From Pyrodictium abyssi (GTDB taxonomy: Archaea > Thermoproteota > Thermoprotei_A > Sulfolobales > Pyrodictiaceae), in the NCBI RefSeq assembly GCF_036323395.1, contig NZ_AP028907.1, positions 1,980,001 through 2,012,000 on the forward strand: a stretch of DNA of 32,000 nt, in the 5' to 3' direction. A model generated the notes under the pieces. The model saw only the letters and a list, made by a program, of their open reading frames with translations. It ran no database searches and was not told where the DNA came from. Of this stretch, positions 21,895-30,649 are shown piece by piece (position 1 is the stretch's first letter; every line of letters begins with the position of its first letter). The position numbers and the translations under genes were made by a program.

Positions 21895-23103
21895 GTGGAC
21901 TACTCTAAGTTCTTCTCGGAATACGTGAACGCGATAAAGGCCTCCGATATACGCGAGCTACTAAAGATAGTAGAGAAGGGTAACGTGATAAGCCTAGCTG
22001 GAGGCCTACCAGACCCCCGTAGCTTCCCTAAGGAGGAGATAGCGAGGATAGCCATGGAGGTAATAGAGAGGTTTGGTGAGAAAGCTCTCCAGTACAGCCC
22101 GACACGTGGTGTATCCTACTTCCTCGAGGCGTTGAAGAACTTCTCGAAGAGGCACGGGATTGCCGTAAACGATGAAGACGGGATAATAACCACTGTTGGT
22201 AGCCAGCAGGCTCTCTACATCCTCGGCAGAGCACTGCTTAACCCCGGGGACTACGTGGTCACGGAGGAACCCACTTACCTCGGGATGCTCCAGGCTTTCC
22301 GGGGTGTAGGGGTACGCTACCTAACCGTACCCATAGACGAGGATGGTATGCGTACCGATAAGCTCGAAGAGGTGCTCAAAAAGGCAAAGAGCGAGGGACT
22401 GAGGATCAAGATGATATACACTGTGCCGACGTGCCATAACCCGGCCGGCACGACGCTCCCAATGGATAGGCGAAGACACCTACTAGAACTAGCAGAGGAA
22501 TACGACCTGCTAGTGGTCGAGGACGACCCCTATAGCTTCATAGCCTTCGAGGAGCGCGACGTGAAGCCGCTAAAGACCCTAGACCGTAGCGGCAGGGTCA
22601 TCTACATGAGCACTGTGAGCAAGATACTGGCCCCAGGGCTGCGGCTAGGCTGGGCTATAGGCCCAGACCCGCTCATATCCAAGATGGAGCTAGTAAAGCA
22701 GGAGATAGACCTACACACGTCGACACTAAGCCAGTACATAGCCGCCGAGGCCATGAACCGCGGGATAATAGACAAGCACATACCCTTCATAAAGAGGCTC
22801 TACCGTGAGAAGCGCGACGCGATGCTGGCGGCGCTCGAGGAGTACATGCCCGAGGGCGTGAAGTGGACGAAGCCGATAGGCGGGCTATTCGTCTGGGTAT
22901 GGCTCCCCGAAGGCATTAACAGCCGTAAGCTGCTACAGAAGGCTATAGAGAAGGGAGTAGTGTTCGTTCCCGGAGACTCGTTCTACCCCAGCGGCGGCGG
23001 GGAGAACACAATGCGGCTGAACTTCAGCTACCCGAGCCCGGAGGAGATACGGGAAGGAGTACGCCGCATAGCCGAGGCAATAAAGGAGTACAAAGCAGGC
23101 TAA
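21895..23103 (+). CDS. PLP-dependent aminotransferase, class I/II (COG1167 / LysN-ARO8-like)
   Basis: Blocks ASDIRELLKIVEKGNVISLAGGLPDPRSFP and STVSKILAPGLRLGWAIG (PLP lysine) are present, as is NFSYPS. The ORF is open from GTG 21769, but that would leave only 20 nt to the divergent gene. GTG 21895 (MDYSKFFSE) follows a TTTAAG element at 21853-21858. Confidence 0.85.
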   Translation: MDYSKFFSEYVNAIKASDIRELLKIVEKGNVISLAGGLPDPRSFPKEEIARIAMEVIERFGEKALQYSPTRGVSYFLEALKNFSKRHGIAVNDEDGIITTVGSQQALYILGRALLNPGDYVVTEEPTYLGMLQAFRGVGVRYLTVPIDEDGMRTDKLEEVLKKAKSEGLRIKMIYTVPTCHNPAGTTLPMDRRRHLLELAEEYDLLVVEDDPYSFIAFEERDVKPLKTLDRSGRVIYMSTVSKILAPGLRLGWAIGPDPLISKMELVKQEIDLHTSTLSQYIAAEAMNRGIIDKHIPFIKRLYREKRDAMLAALEEYMPEGVKWTKPIGGLFVWVWLPEGINSRKLLQKAIEKGVVFVPGDSFYPSGGGENTMRLNFSYPSPEEIREGVRRIAEAIKEYKAG

Positions 23104-23981
23104 ACCCTGAGCCTGAAGACATAGCCTAGAACAGGCCCACTATCCCAGGGAGGCACAGAGAGCCCATCAACAACACCTACACTCTCTTCTACTGTTCTAC
23201 GTGCCTTGCTGAGCAGTGTTTTAGCACAGCCAGCCTTTCCGCCCTGGAGCGTGACTACTTCTAGACGCTTGCACCACCTGCAAGAGGGCCAAGCGTGAAA
23301 CGCGAAAACGGGGTGGAGTAGTAGCTTCCGCGGCCTAGAAGCCGATAGCACGCGCTCAAGCATATACACGTCTAGGGACGCGGCAACAACTGCATCATAC
23401 CGCTGGCCCGGCTTCTCTACGAGTTCTAGTCCCAGGCTTTTCGCTAGGCGCTTAGCGCTACTGCTACCAGTATAGAGCGACACCCGGTAGCCCATGTCTG
23501 CGAGCGCGAGGGCCGCGAATAGCCCGAAGCCTCCACATCCCGCGACTAGCACCCGGTCAGCGTCGGCCGCTTTGCTAGCTGCTTCACACGCGAGAGAAGA
23601 ATCCAAGAGGAAAGCAGCGAGTGGGCTAGCGTCGTTCACTTCTGCGAGGTGTGTAGAAGGCACGGATACGTAGCCTGCTAGGAAGCCGTCGCCCCTTAGT
23701 GGCGGGAGATAATGCTCGTCCACGTGCACCAATGCGGCTCTCTTGCCGGCAAGTGAGGTGTTAGCGTCCACACCGAGCTCTACCACTGTGCCGGCGCCGG
23801 AGCAGCCCATTACAACTCCATTCTCCGCCGGTAGGATGCCCGCTGCTACAGCAGTGTCGAGAGGACACCAACGGGCAGACTCTACGCGGAGTAAAACCCA
23901 GCCCCGTGGGACTAGCGGTGGAAGGCGCTGCTCTAGCTGGGGCTCGCCACGCCACACGATGGCCTTGTACTCGGACGCCAA
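23100..23981 (-). CDS. medium-chain dehydrogenase/reductase-like protein (zinc-ADH fold, degenerate metal sites)
   Basis: The Rossmann motif is VLVAGCGGFGLFAALALADMG. The N-terminal GroES-like part reads VLLRVESARWCPLD...GCSGAGTVVELG. At 293 aa it is short and lacks the structural-zinc lobe. Confidence 0.6.
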   Translation of the reverse strand: MASEYKAIVWRGEPQLEQRLPPLVPRGWVLLRVESARWCPLDTAVAAGILPAENGVVMGCSGAGTVVELGVDANTSLAGKRAALVHVDEHYLPPLRGDGFLAGYVSVPSTHLAEVNDASPLAAFLLDSSLACEAASKAADADRVLVAGCGGFGLFAALALADMGYRVSLYTGSSSAKRLAKSLGLELVEKPGQRYDAVVAASLDVYMLERVLSASRPRKLLLHPVFAFHAWPSCRWCKRLEVVTLQGGKAGCAKTLLSKARRTVEESVGVVDGLSVPPWDSGPVLGYVFRLRV

Positions 23982-24000
23982 GCTGGAGTTACACCACGTT

Positions 24001-25494
24001 CTACTGTGGTTCTATGGTTGCTGGTGGCTTAGTGGTAACGGCGTAGGCCACCATGGTGACTCCGGGTACTTCGGAGGTTATCCGCCGCGATATCCGGTCA
24101 AGCACGTCGTATGGTATGCGTGTCCAGTCAGCTGTCATTCCGTCGTCGCTCTCCACTACCCTGACTATTACTATGTGGCCCTCTTCGCGCCGGTCGCCCT
24201 TCACGCCTACCCAGCGGTCGTCGCCGACGACGGCGAAGGCCTGCCATACACGCTCGTAGAGCCCGGCCTTCCTCAGCTCATCCTCAACTATCTTAGAGGC
24301 CTTGCGTGCTATCTCTAGCTTCTCCTTGGTGACCTCGCCGATGACGCGTACTGCTAGACCAGGCCCGGGGAACGGGTGTCTAAACGCTAGCTTCCTGGGC
24401 AGCCCGAGCGCTAGCGCTAGCCTCCGGACCTCGTCCTTGTAGAACTCCCGGAGGGGCTCGACGACCTCCAGGCCTAGCCAGCTGGGCAGCCCGCCCACGT
24501 TATGGTGGCTCTTTATACGGTCGGCCCCCGGCGCGGCTCCCGACTCTATCACGTCGGGGTAGAGGGTGCCCTGGGCTAGGTACTTTATGTCATGGTTCTC
24601 CTCTACGATTCTCTTGAATATCCTGGCGAACATCTCTCCGATGCGCTTCCTCTTCTCCTCCGGGTCGCTAACGCCCCGAATAGCCTCGAAGAACTCCTCC
24701 CTAGCGTCTATGACGAGCGGCTTTATCCCGGCGGACTCCAGTATCTTGACGGTCTCCTCGACCTCTCCTTCTCTGAAGAACCCATGGTCCACGAGCACAG
24801 CTAGGAGTCTCTCGCCTATGGCTCGCTGGAGCAACACAGCGGTGACCGTCGAGTCGACGCCGCCGCTAACAGCGACCAGGACCCGCCCATCCCGTATCCG
24901 GCTCCGCAGGTCGGAGACAATGGAGTCTATGAGGTTCTCCGGCCTCCACCAGGGCTCTGCTCCTGCTAGCTTAGCGAAGTTGGCTAGAAGCTGGCGCCCC
25001 TTGGGTGTATGGGACACCTCGGGGTGGAACTGTACGCCGTAGACCAGTGTGTCTCCGTGCTGCTTCCTGAATGCTGCCACGTAGCCGTTCTCGCTGACAG
25101 CCAGCAGCTTGGCGCCAGGCGGCACCTCGCGGACACAGTCGCCGTGGCTCATCCATGTCTGCTCCTCTGCCCCCCAGCCCTTGAAGAGAGGGTCGCCGGT
25201 GTCCAGTACCCGTACGATTGTGCGGCCGTATTCTCTACAGCCCTGGTCCACCTTGCCTCCAAGCATCTCGGCGAGGAGGTGGAAGCCGTAGCAGATACCC
25301 AGCACCGGCTTGCCCAGCTCCAGTATCCAGTCGGGGACGCGCGGCGCCCCGGGAGCGTAGACGCTCGGCGGCCCACCGGAGAGCACTATTGCTTTGACGC
25401 TCGTGTCCTCTAGGTCCTCGCGCCTAAGCAGGCTGTAGGGGACTATCTCCGCGTAGAAGCCCTGCTCTCGTAGCCTCCGCGCTATAAGGTGCAT
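24001..25494 (-). CDS. guaA: GMP synthase (glutamine-hydrolysing), fused GATase and ATP-pyrophosphatase
   Basis: GICYGFHLL carries the catalytic Cys. The PP-loop is VAVSGGVDSTV. HHNVGGLP and a C-terminal dimerisation region are present. The coding frame stays open to 25545 (see findings). Confidence 0.9.
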   Translation of the reverse strand: MHLIARRLREQGFYAEIVPYSLLRREDLEDTSVKAIVLSGGPPSVYAPGAPRVPDWILELGKPVLGICYGFHLLAEMLGGKVDQGCREYGRTIVRVLDTGDPLFKGWGAEEQTWMSHGDCVREVPPGAKLLAVSENGYVAAFRKQHGDTLVYGVQFHPEVSHTPKGRQLLANFAKLAGAEPWWRPENLIDSIVSDLRSRIRDGRVLVAVSGGVDSTVTAVLLQRAIGERLLAVLVDHGFFREGEVEETVKILESAGIKPLVIDAREEFFEAIRGVSDPEEKRKRIGEMFARIFKRIVEENHDIKYLAQGTLYPDVIESGAAPGADRIKSHHNVGGLPSWLGLEVVEPLREFYKDEVRRLALALGLPRKLAFRHPFPGPGLAVRVIGEVTKEKLEIARKASKIVEDELRKAGLYERVWQAFAVVGDDRWVGVKGDRREEGHIVIVRVVESDDGMTADWTRIPYDVLDRISRRITSEVPGVTMVAYAVTTKPPATIEPQ

Positions 25495-25583
25495 GTACTG
25501 GCCGCCGAAGCCGACTACTACTATCTTATCCCTCTTCTGCAGGGCTCATACCCCGTGTCGCCCGGGGCAGCTCCGCCGGGGGA

Positions 25584-25590
25584 TTATTAG
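25584..25590. promoter_or_regulatory. single AT-rich element (ATTATTA / TAATAAT) in the guaA-guaB divergent spacer
   Basis: It is the only AT-rich heptamer in a GC-rich spacer. It lies about 38 nt from the minus-strand ATG 25549 and about 43 nt from the guaB TTG 25630. Confidence 0.35.
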
Positions 25591-25629
25591 CCCGGTCCTC
25601 CGCGTGCCCGGTACACGGGTTACAGGGTA

Positions 25630-27039
25630 TTGGCGCAGGATACGAGACTTGTTGAGGCACTCAGCTTCGACGACGTGGTGCTCGTCCCGAGCCTCAGCCC
25701 TGTCGAGCCATGGCAGGTTGACATAACCAGTAAGGCCTCGCGGAACGTTAGGGTCAATGTGCCGCTCCTCTCGGCGCCGATGGATACGGTTAGCGAGTGG
25801 AGACTAGCCGTAGCGCTTGCCCTCCTAGGCGGTGTAGGAGTCATACATAGGAACATGCCGGTAGAGGAGCAACGCCGCCACGTAGAGCGGGTGAAGAGTC
25901 ACCCGGTAGTAGAGCTAGCAGATGTAGCAGTATACGAGGGCGAGGAGTGCTGCCGTGTACGGGAGGCAATGAGGAGCCTGGGGCTACGCCAGCTTCCTAT
26001 AGTGGACAGCGCCGAGGCCGTCAAGGGCTACGTGGAGTTCGTGGACCTCGAGGCGTGTAGCTGCGGCACACCGGTGGCAAAGCTGGTAAAACCGGGTCCC
26101 GTCTTCGAGCTAGGCGAGGAAGGGAAAGCAGTCGATCATGTGAAACGCGGGAAGCTCGACGCAGCGGCGATGACCCTCAAGGGCAGGTTCCTGGGCACAG
26201 TGAGTGTCCACGAGGCTCTAGCAGTCTACAACCCGGCCCTCGACGAAGAGGGGAGGCTACGGGTAGCAGCAGCTGTATCACCCTTCGATGCTAAGAGGGC
26301 CGAGACGCTAGACGGTGTAGCCGACATACTCGTATCAGATGTAGCACACTTCCACAACGTAAACGTGCTCGACGCGGCAAAGAGGCTCGTGAAGAGCCTG
26401 GAGTCGGACTTTGTAGCAGGCAACCTTGGCACACGCGAAGGCGTGCTCGATACTGTGTCGAGGCTAGAGAAGGTTGACGGCCTAAGAATGGGCATAGCCG
26501 GTGGATCGATATGCACAACCAGCGGCGTCGCGGGCATAGCCGCGCCCACGCTGTTCGCGGTAATGCAGGCCCGTAGCGCCCTAGAGGAAATGGGTATCGG
26601 GCTTGACACTATACCGGTAATAGCCGATGGCGGAGTCAGAGGCCCAGGCGACGCCGTCAAGGCGCTAGCAGCAGGCGCATCGGCAGTCATGACCGGCTAC
26701 ATGTTCGCGGGCACCGATGAAGCAGCCGCGCCCCTGGTTAGGATAGGCAACAAGCTCTACAAGCCATACCGTGGCATGGCCAGCCGAGGCGCCCTTGAGA
26801 AGCGCTATGCTGCTGACCGCTACTCTAGAGTAGCTAAGCGTGTCGAGGAGGGTATAGAGGGTCTGGTAGAGTATCGTGGACGCGTACGTAGAGTTGTCCT
26901 CGAGTTCGCTGAGGGGCTAAAGGCCGGGCTAGGTTATGCCGGTGCGTCATCCATACCCGAGCTGTGGAGGAAGGCGCGTTTCGCTAGGATAACTAGCAGG
27001 ATAGGAGCCTACACGGGCGTAGTGAAGACGAGCTGGTAG
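25630..27039 (+). CDS. guaB: inosine-5'-monophosphate dehydrogenase
   Basis: LSFDDVVLVP, GGVGVIHRNM, the catalytic loop GIAGGSICTT and ADGGVR are present, with a CBS-type insert. The start is TTG. Confidence 0.9.
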   Translation: MAQDTRLVEALSFDDVVLVPSLSPVEPWQVDITSKASRNVRVNVPLLSAPMDTVSEWRLAVALALLGGVGVIHRNMPVEEQRRHVERVKSHPVVELADVAVYEGEECCRVREAMRSLGLRQLPIVDSAEAVKGYVEFVDLEACSCGTPVAKLVKPGPVFELGEEGKAVDHVKRGKLDAAAMTLKGRFLGTVSVHEALAVYNPALDEEGRLRVAAAVSPFDAKRAETLDGVADILVSDVAHFHNVNVLDAAKRLVKSLESDFVAGNLGTREGVLDTVSRLEKVDGLRMGIAGGSICTTSGVAGIAAPTLFAVMQARSALEEMGIGLDTIPVIADGGVRGPGDAVKALAAGASAVMTGYMFAGTDEAAAPLVRIGNKLYKPYRGMASRGALEKRYAADRYSRVAKRVEEGIEGLVEYRGRVRRVVLEFAEGLKAGLGYAGASSIPELWRKARFARITSRIGAYTGVVKTSW

Positions 27040-27110
27040 CACACATAACAGCGTGGCAGCTTTTACAAGTGCTTCTAGCTCAGCTATAGGATACTAGTGG
27101 TGGCCGCTCT

Positions 27111-27947
27111 TTGGAGATAGGGAGGAGCCTCATAGCCTCCACACGCACACTAACACTACCGCTGGCCCAGGCCGTGGAGAAGCTCTACGAGATGGGCTTC
27201 ACCAGGATAGACGTGAACTACGCGAACCTTGAACGTAGCGGCGTAGACGATCCCTCAGTCTTGACTCATTTCCGCTGGGCTCTACTAACAGCTGCAAAGA
27301 TAGGCGCTGAGCCCGTCACGCTGCATGCGCCCTGGGAGGACTACTTCCTACTACCGCTCGGCAGGGGCATAGAGCACGCCGTAGCGGAGGCCAAGCTGTT
27401 CATCGAGATGGCTTATAGCTATGGGGTCGAGGTGGTCGTATTCCATCCGTTCTCTGCGAAGCATGTAGGCTCGCATAGAGTGGAATGGCTTAACAAAAGG
27501 TTCTTCGCGATCCTAGCCGAGTATTCTGAGCGTGAGGGCTTATCGGTAATAGCGGTCGAGAACGCTGCGCGCGGCCAGCCCTGGAGAAGACTTGAGAAAC
27601 TCGCAGAACTAGTGAGGAGAATTAGCAGCCCGATGCTCCAGGTATGCTTCGATACCGGGCACGGGAACCTCAACGGGTACAGCCTCGACAGGGCAGCCAA
27701 AATACTCGAAGACGTGCCAATAGCGTGCATGCACGTGCACGACAATAATGGTGTAAGCGATGACCACTCTATACCGGGCACCGGCACCATAGACTGGAGC
27801 CGTGCCCGCTACCTACCCGAGGAAGCCCTAAGACGCATAGTAGTCGAGATAGACTGTAAAGCAGCCCATCATGTATGCGGCCTACACATAGCGGCGGCAT
27901 TTGCAGCAACACGGCGGCTTCTACTAGGACAGGCAGAGAAGCCCTAG
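27111..27947 (+). CDS. sugar phosphate isomerase/epimerase family protein (xylose-isomerase-like TIM barrel)
   Basis: The motifs LHAPW, AVENA, CFDTGH and HVHDNNGVSDDHSIPGTGTIDW are characteristic of the AP-endonuclease-2 / TIM-barrel family. The start is TTG. Confidence 0.75.
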   Translation: MEIGRSLIASTRTLTLPLAQAVEKLYEMGFTRIDVNYANLERSGVDDPSVLTHFRWALLTAAKIGAEPVTLHAPWEDYFLLPLGRGIEHAVAEAKLFIEMAYSYGVEVVVFHPFSAKHVGSHRVEWLNKRFFAILAEYSEREGLSVIAVENAARGQPWRRLEKLAELVRRISSPMLQVCFDTGHGNLNGYSLDRAAKILEDVPIACMHVHDNNGVSDDHSIPGTGTIDWSRARYLPEEALRRIVVEIDCKAAHHVCGLHIAAAFAATRRLLLGQAEKP

Positions 27948-27960
27948 AACAAGACTTATT

Positions 27961-28848
27961 ATGCAGAGCCTCCTAGGGCACCAGCCAGCACTGGTGCTGA
28001 AGGGATGCAGGTTCCGCCTCTCTAACCTGACTGTCGCTATACTCGGCGCGGGAAAGATAGGCAGCATAATGGCCCGCTCCTTCTCTGACTGTGGCATCCA
28101 CGTGATAGCGACCGCTAGGAGCAGAGAGCGTATAGAGAAGCTACGTATGCAGGGCTTCGAAGCTACAAGCGACAACGTCTACGCCGTCGAGAAGGCCTCA
28201 GTGGTCTTCATATCAGTGAAGCCATACCAGTACCCGGCTCTCGCCTGGCAGATAGGAGGCCACGTGTCCGGCAAACCAGTAGTATCCGTGATGGCTGGTA
28301 TCCCTCTACGCGTCCTGCGGAAGACCCTCCCCGGCGCCGAGGTATACCGGGCTATGCCCAACCTTAACGCAGCTGTAAAGCGGAGTGCTACGGGGCTAGT
28401 AGCGCCCAGCAACGCGCAGTACAAAGAGCTGATCAAGAGCATTCTCTCCTGCATGGGCAGCGTCTACGAGCTACCCGAGCAGCTGATAGACGCGTGGACA
28501 GCCGTAGCCGGCTCGGGGCCAGCAATAATAGCGGAATTCATAGACTCTATGATCCTCGCAGCACTCGCTGTAGGGATCCCGCGCGACCTGGCATACGACG
28601 CGGTCCTCGAATCAATCATAGGCACAGCTGAGTATTTGCGTACGAGGCCAGTACACCCAGCTCAGTTACGTGACGAGGTTACTACGCCAGGCGGCACAAC
28701 AATAATGGCTCTAAAGATAATAGAGGGTAAAGGAATGAAGTCAGCGCTTATAGACGCTGTCGAGAAAGCCACAGCAAGAGCAAGGAAACTGGCGAGAGAG
28801 ATAGAGGAGCGCATAGAGGAACAACACGAAAACAGCGGTGCCAGCTAG
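27961..28848 (+). CDS. proC: pyrroline-5-carboxylate reductase
   Basis: VAILGAGKIGS, SVKPYQ, VVSVMAGIPL, RAMPNLNAAV and the signature TTPGGTTI are present. The start may be 27961 or GTG 27994. Confidence 0.85.
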   Translation: MQSLLGHQPALVLKGCRFRLSNLTVAILGAGKIGSIMARSFSDCGIHVIATARSRERIEKLRMQGFEATSDNVYAVEKASVVFISVKPYQYPALAWQIGGHVSGKPVVSVMAGIPLRVLRKTLPGAEVYRAMPNLNAAVKRSATGLVAPSNAQYKELIKSILSCMGSVYELPEQLIDAWTAVAGSGPAIIAEFIDSMILAALAVGIPRDLAYDAVLESIIGTAEYLRTRPVHPAQLRDEVTTPGGTTIMALKIIEGKGMKSALIDAVEKATARARKLAREIEERIEEQHENSGAS

Positions 28849-28965
28849 TATCGTGGGGCTGGCGCGTTGTAGGGCTATGCCGAGCTGCTGGTCAGCCTTG
28901 AAACACCTCCCCATCCCCATGGCGGGTTAGGGTTCACGGCCCTCTTCATCCCAGGCATTCTCTCC

Positions 28966-30288
28966 CTACTCGGGCGTTATTACATACTCCTCATCCTTGT
29001 AGGCAACCACGTATATGCTAGCAAGCGTTGCAACCATCGACAGTAAGGATATGGCCTCAACTAGCAACTGTGGGCTCCTTAGAGCTATCAGCGATAACCT
29101 GGCCTCAATGTTCTCCCGCGCGTTCAACGCCACAAGCATAGCCTCCACGTACCCCTTCACGAGGAAGCCGCTCTCGTCATAGCTGCCCTCAAAGTAGAAC
29201 GGCCTAACAAACACTGGCAAGCGGTGGAACTGCGTGACGTAGACGTATACCCTAGCGTCTCTCAGCTGTGGCGCTGTAAGCGTGATGCGCTGCCCCGCTA
29301 GCTCGGGGCTGTATAGTAGACCGCTATCAGCCAGTACTTTCACAAGCACACGTCCCTCGACGGTCTCTGTGGCCTCAAGGAGCGGGACTATGACTCCTCT
29401 CGCCTCGGCTACTCCCAGGAACGCGACGTCATGGTGTATAGCCCCTACCGTAGGGCGCCACGTGATACTATAGCTTGCAAACTTCACGTTAACACTACTG
29501 GAGAACACGAATGCCGCTGTAGAGCCGACGAGGAGCATCCCTATGACTATTAGGAGCAATGCTTTGGTGGTCGGGCTTAGGCCTCGGCGGCGGTAGAACT
29601 CGGGTATGAACACTATTATCCCGAAGAGCCGGCGCGCGCTCGCGTACATCCTCATAACGGCTAGCCTTGCCCGGTCGAGGAGGAGTGGTAGTAGTGCTAT
29701 ACCCGCTATGAAGCCGCCAGCGTGAGCGAAGAACGCCACCGTGCTTGTTACGGAAAGGTACCCCTCTATCACTTGTATCGCGAACCAGAACAGCAGGTAG
29801 TATACTGCTAGCAGCTCGAAGCACACTGGGAGAAAGAGGAGGAAGAAGCATGCTGTGAGCCTTGTGCCTGGGTAAAGCATCATGTAGGCGCCGAGTACGC
29901 CGCTTATAGCTCCGCTTGCACCGACGCTGGGGATAGCAAGCCCGTTAGGATCTTGTATGGACATGAACACGGTGTGGAATAGCGCGGCGAATACTCCGCT
30001 TAGCAGGTAGAGGGCTAGGTAGCGCATGTGTCCCAGAGTCCGCTCTACTGCTCTACCGAAGAGGTAGAGGAAGTACATGTTGAACAGTATGTGGAACAGG
30101 TTGGCATGGGTGAACATAGCTGTCAGTATCTTGTAGGCCGACGCTGGCTCTAGGAGCATATAGAGTGGCTCGAACCCGAGTCTTACTATCCACTCGCTAG
30201 TGCTTGCTAGGAACCCTGTTTGCCACGATGTAACCACGTACACGGCCATGTTTACGATTATGAGCAGGTAGGTTACCCAGGGGGTCAC
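28966..30288 (-). CDS. rhomboid-family intramembrane serine protease with about 210-aa C-terminal extension
   Basis: HANLFHILFNMYFL, GASGAISGVLGAY (catalytic Ser) and AHAGGFIAGIAL (catalytic His) are present. The extension carries two further hydrophobic segments. The start is GTG. Confidence 0.85.
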   Translation of the reverse strand: MTPWVTYLLIIVNMAVYVVTSWQTGFLASTSEWIVRLGFEPLYMLLEPASAYKILTAMFTHANLFHILFNMYFLYLFGRAVERTLGHMRYLALYLLSGVFAALFHTVFMSIQDPNGLAIPSVGASGAISGVLGAYMMLYPGTRLTACFFLLFLPVCFELLAVYYLLFWFAIQVIEGYLSVTSTVAFFAHAGGFIAGIALLPLLLDRARLAVMRMYASARRLFGIIVFIPEFYRRRGLSPTTKALLLIVIGMLLVGSTAAFVFSSSVNVKFASYSITWRPTVGAIHHDVAFLGVAEARGVIVPLLEATETVEGRVLVKVLADSGLLYSPELAGQRITLTAPQLRDARVYVYVTQFHRLPVFVRPFYFEGSYDESGFLVKGYVEAMLVALNARENIEARLSLIALRSPQLLVEAISLLSMVATLASIYVVAYKDEEYVITPE

Positions 30289-30649
30289 GTAGCTAAACGC
30301 TGCCTCCTCAACCGCGAGAGGAAGCTCTCGGGTAAACCGCGGCAGACGCGGTGCTCTAACGCCGTGCAGGGCTAGGCACCTCTCCCGCTATCTCCCTCTA
30401 GATTTGGAGCCAAGGCCTTGAGTTAATAACTAGGGTGGTATGCTCCCCGGGCCATGCAAGAGGTGTGAAAACTAGACCACCGGAGTACACCTCGTGACTA
30501 GCGAACCTAGGACACCCTTCTAATACCCCAAGCAGAGTATGAGTAGACTACCCGAAGGAGCGTATAGCAGCATTCGCCCGCCAAGTTGGGCCCCCATCCG
30601 TAGCCCGTGGCTGTCCTAGCTGCGAGGTGTACCCAGATTGAGCGAGGTA

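Noticed and set aside
23743-24318. A 191-aa plus-strand ORF spanning the MDR-like / guaA junction
   Set aside because: It crosses two well-supported minus-strand genes and their spacer, and it has no motifs.
24566-26690. Several 60-160-aa ORFs antisense to guaA and guaB (24566..25042, 25009..25413, 26226..26690 and others)
   Set aside because: They are typical long antisense frames of GC-rich coding DNA. The sense frames carry unambiguous enzyme motifs.
28929-28944. A T-arm-like AGGG-TTCACGG-CCCT; more generally, a search for tRNA genes in all spacers
   Set aside because: The loop does not fit the TTCRANN consensus, and no acceptor, D or anticodon arms can be built around it. No GGTTCRAATCC-type motif occurs in any intergenic region.
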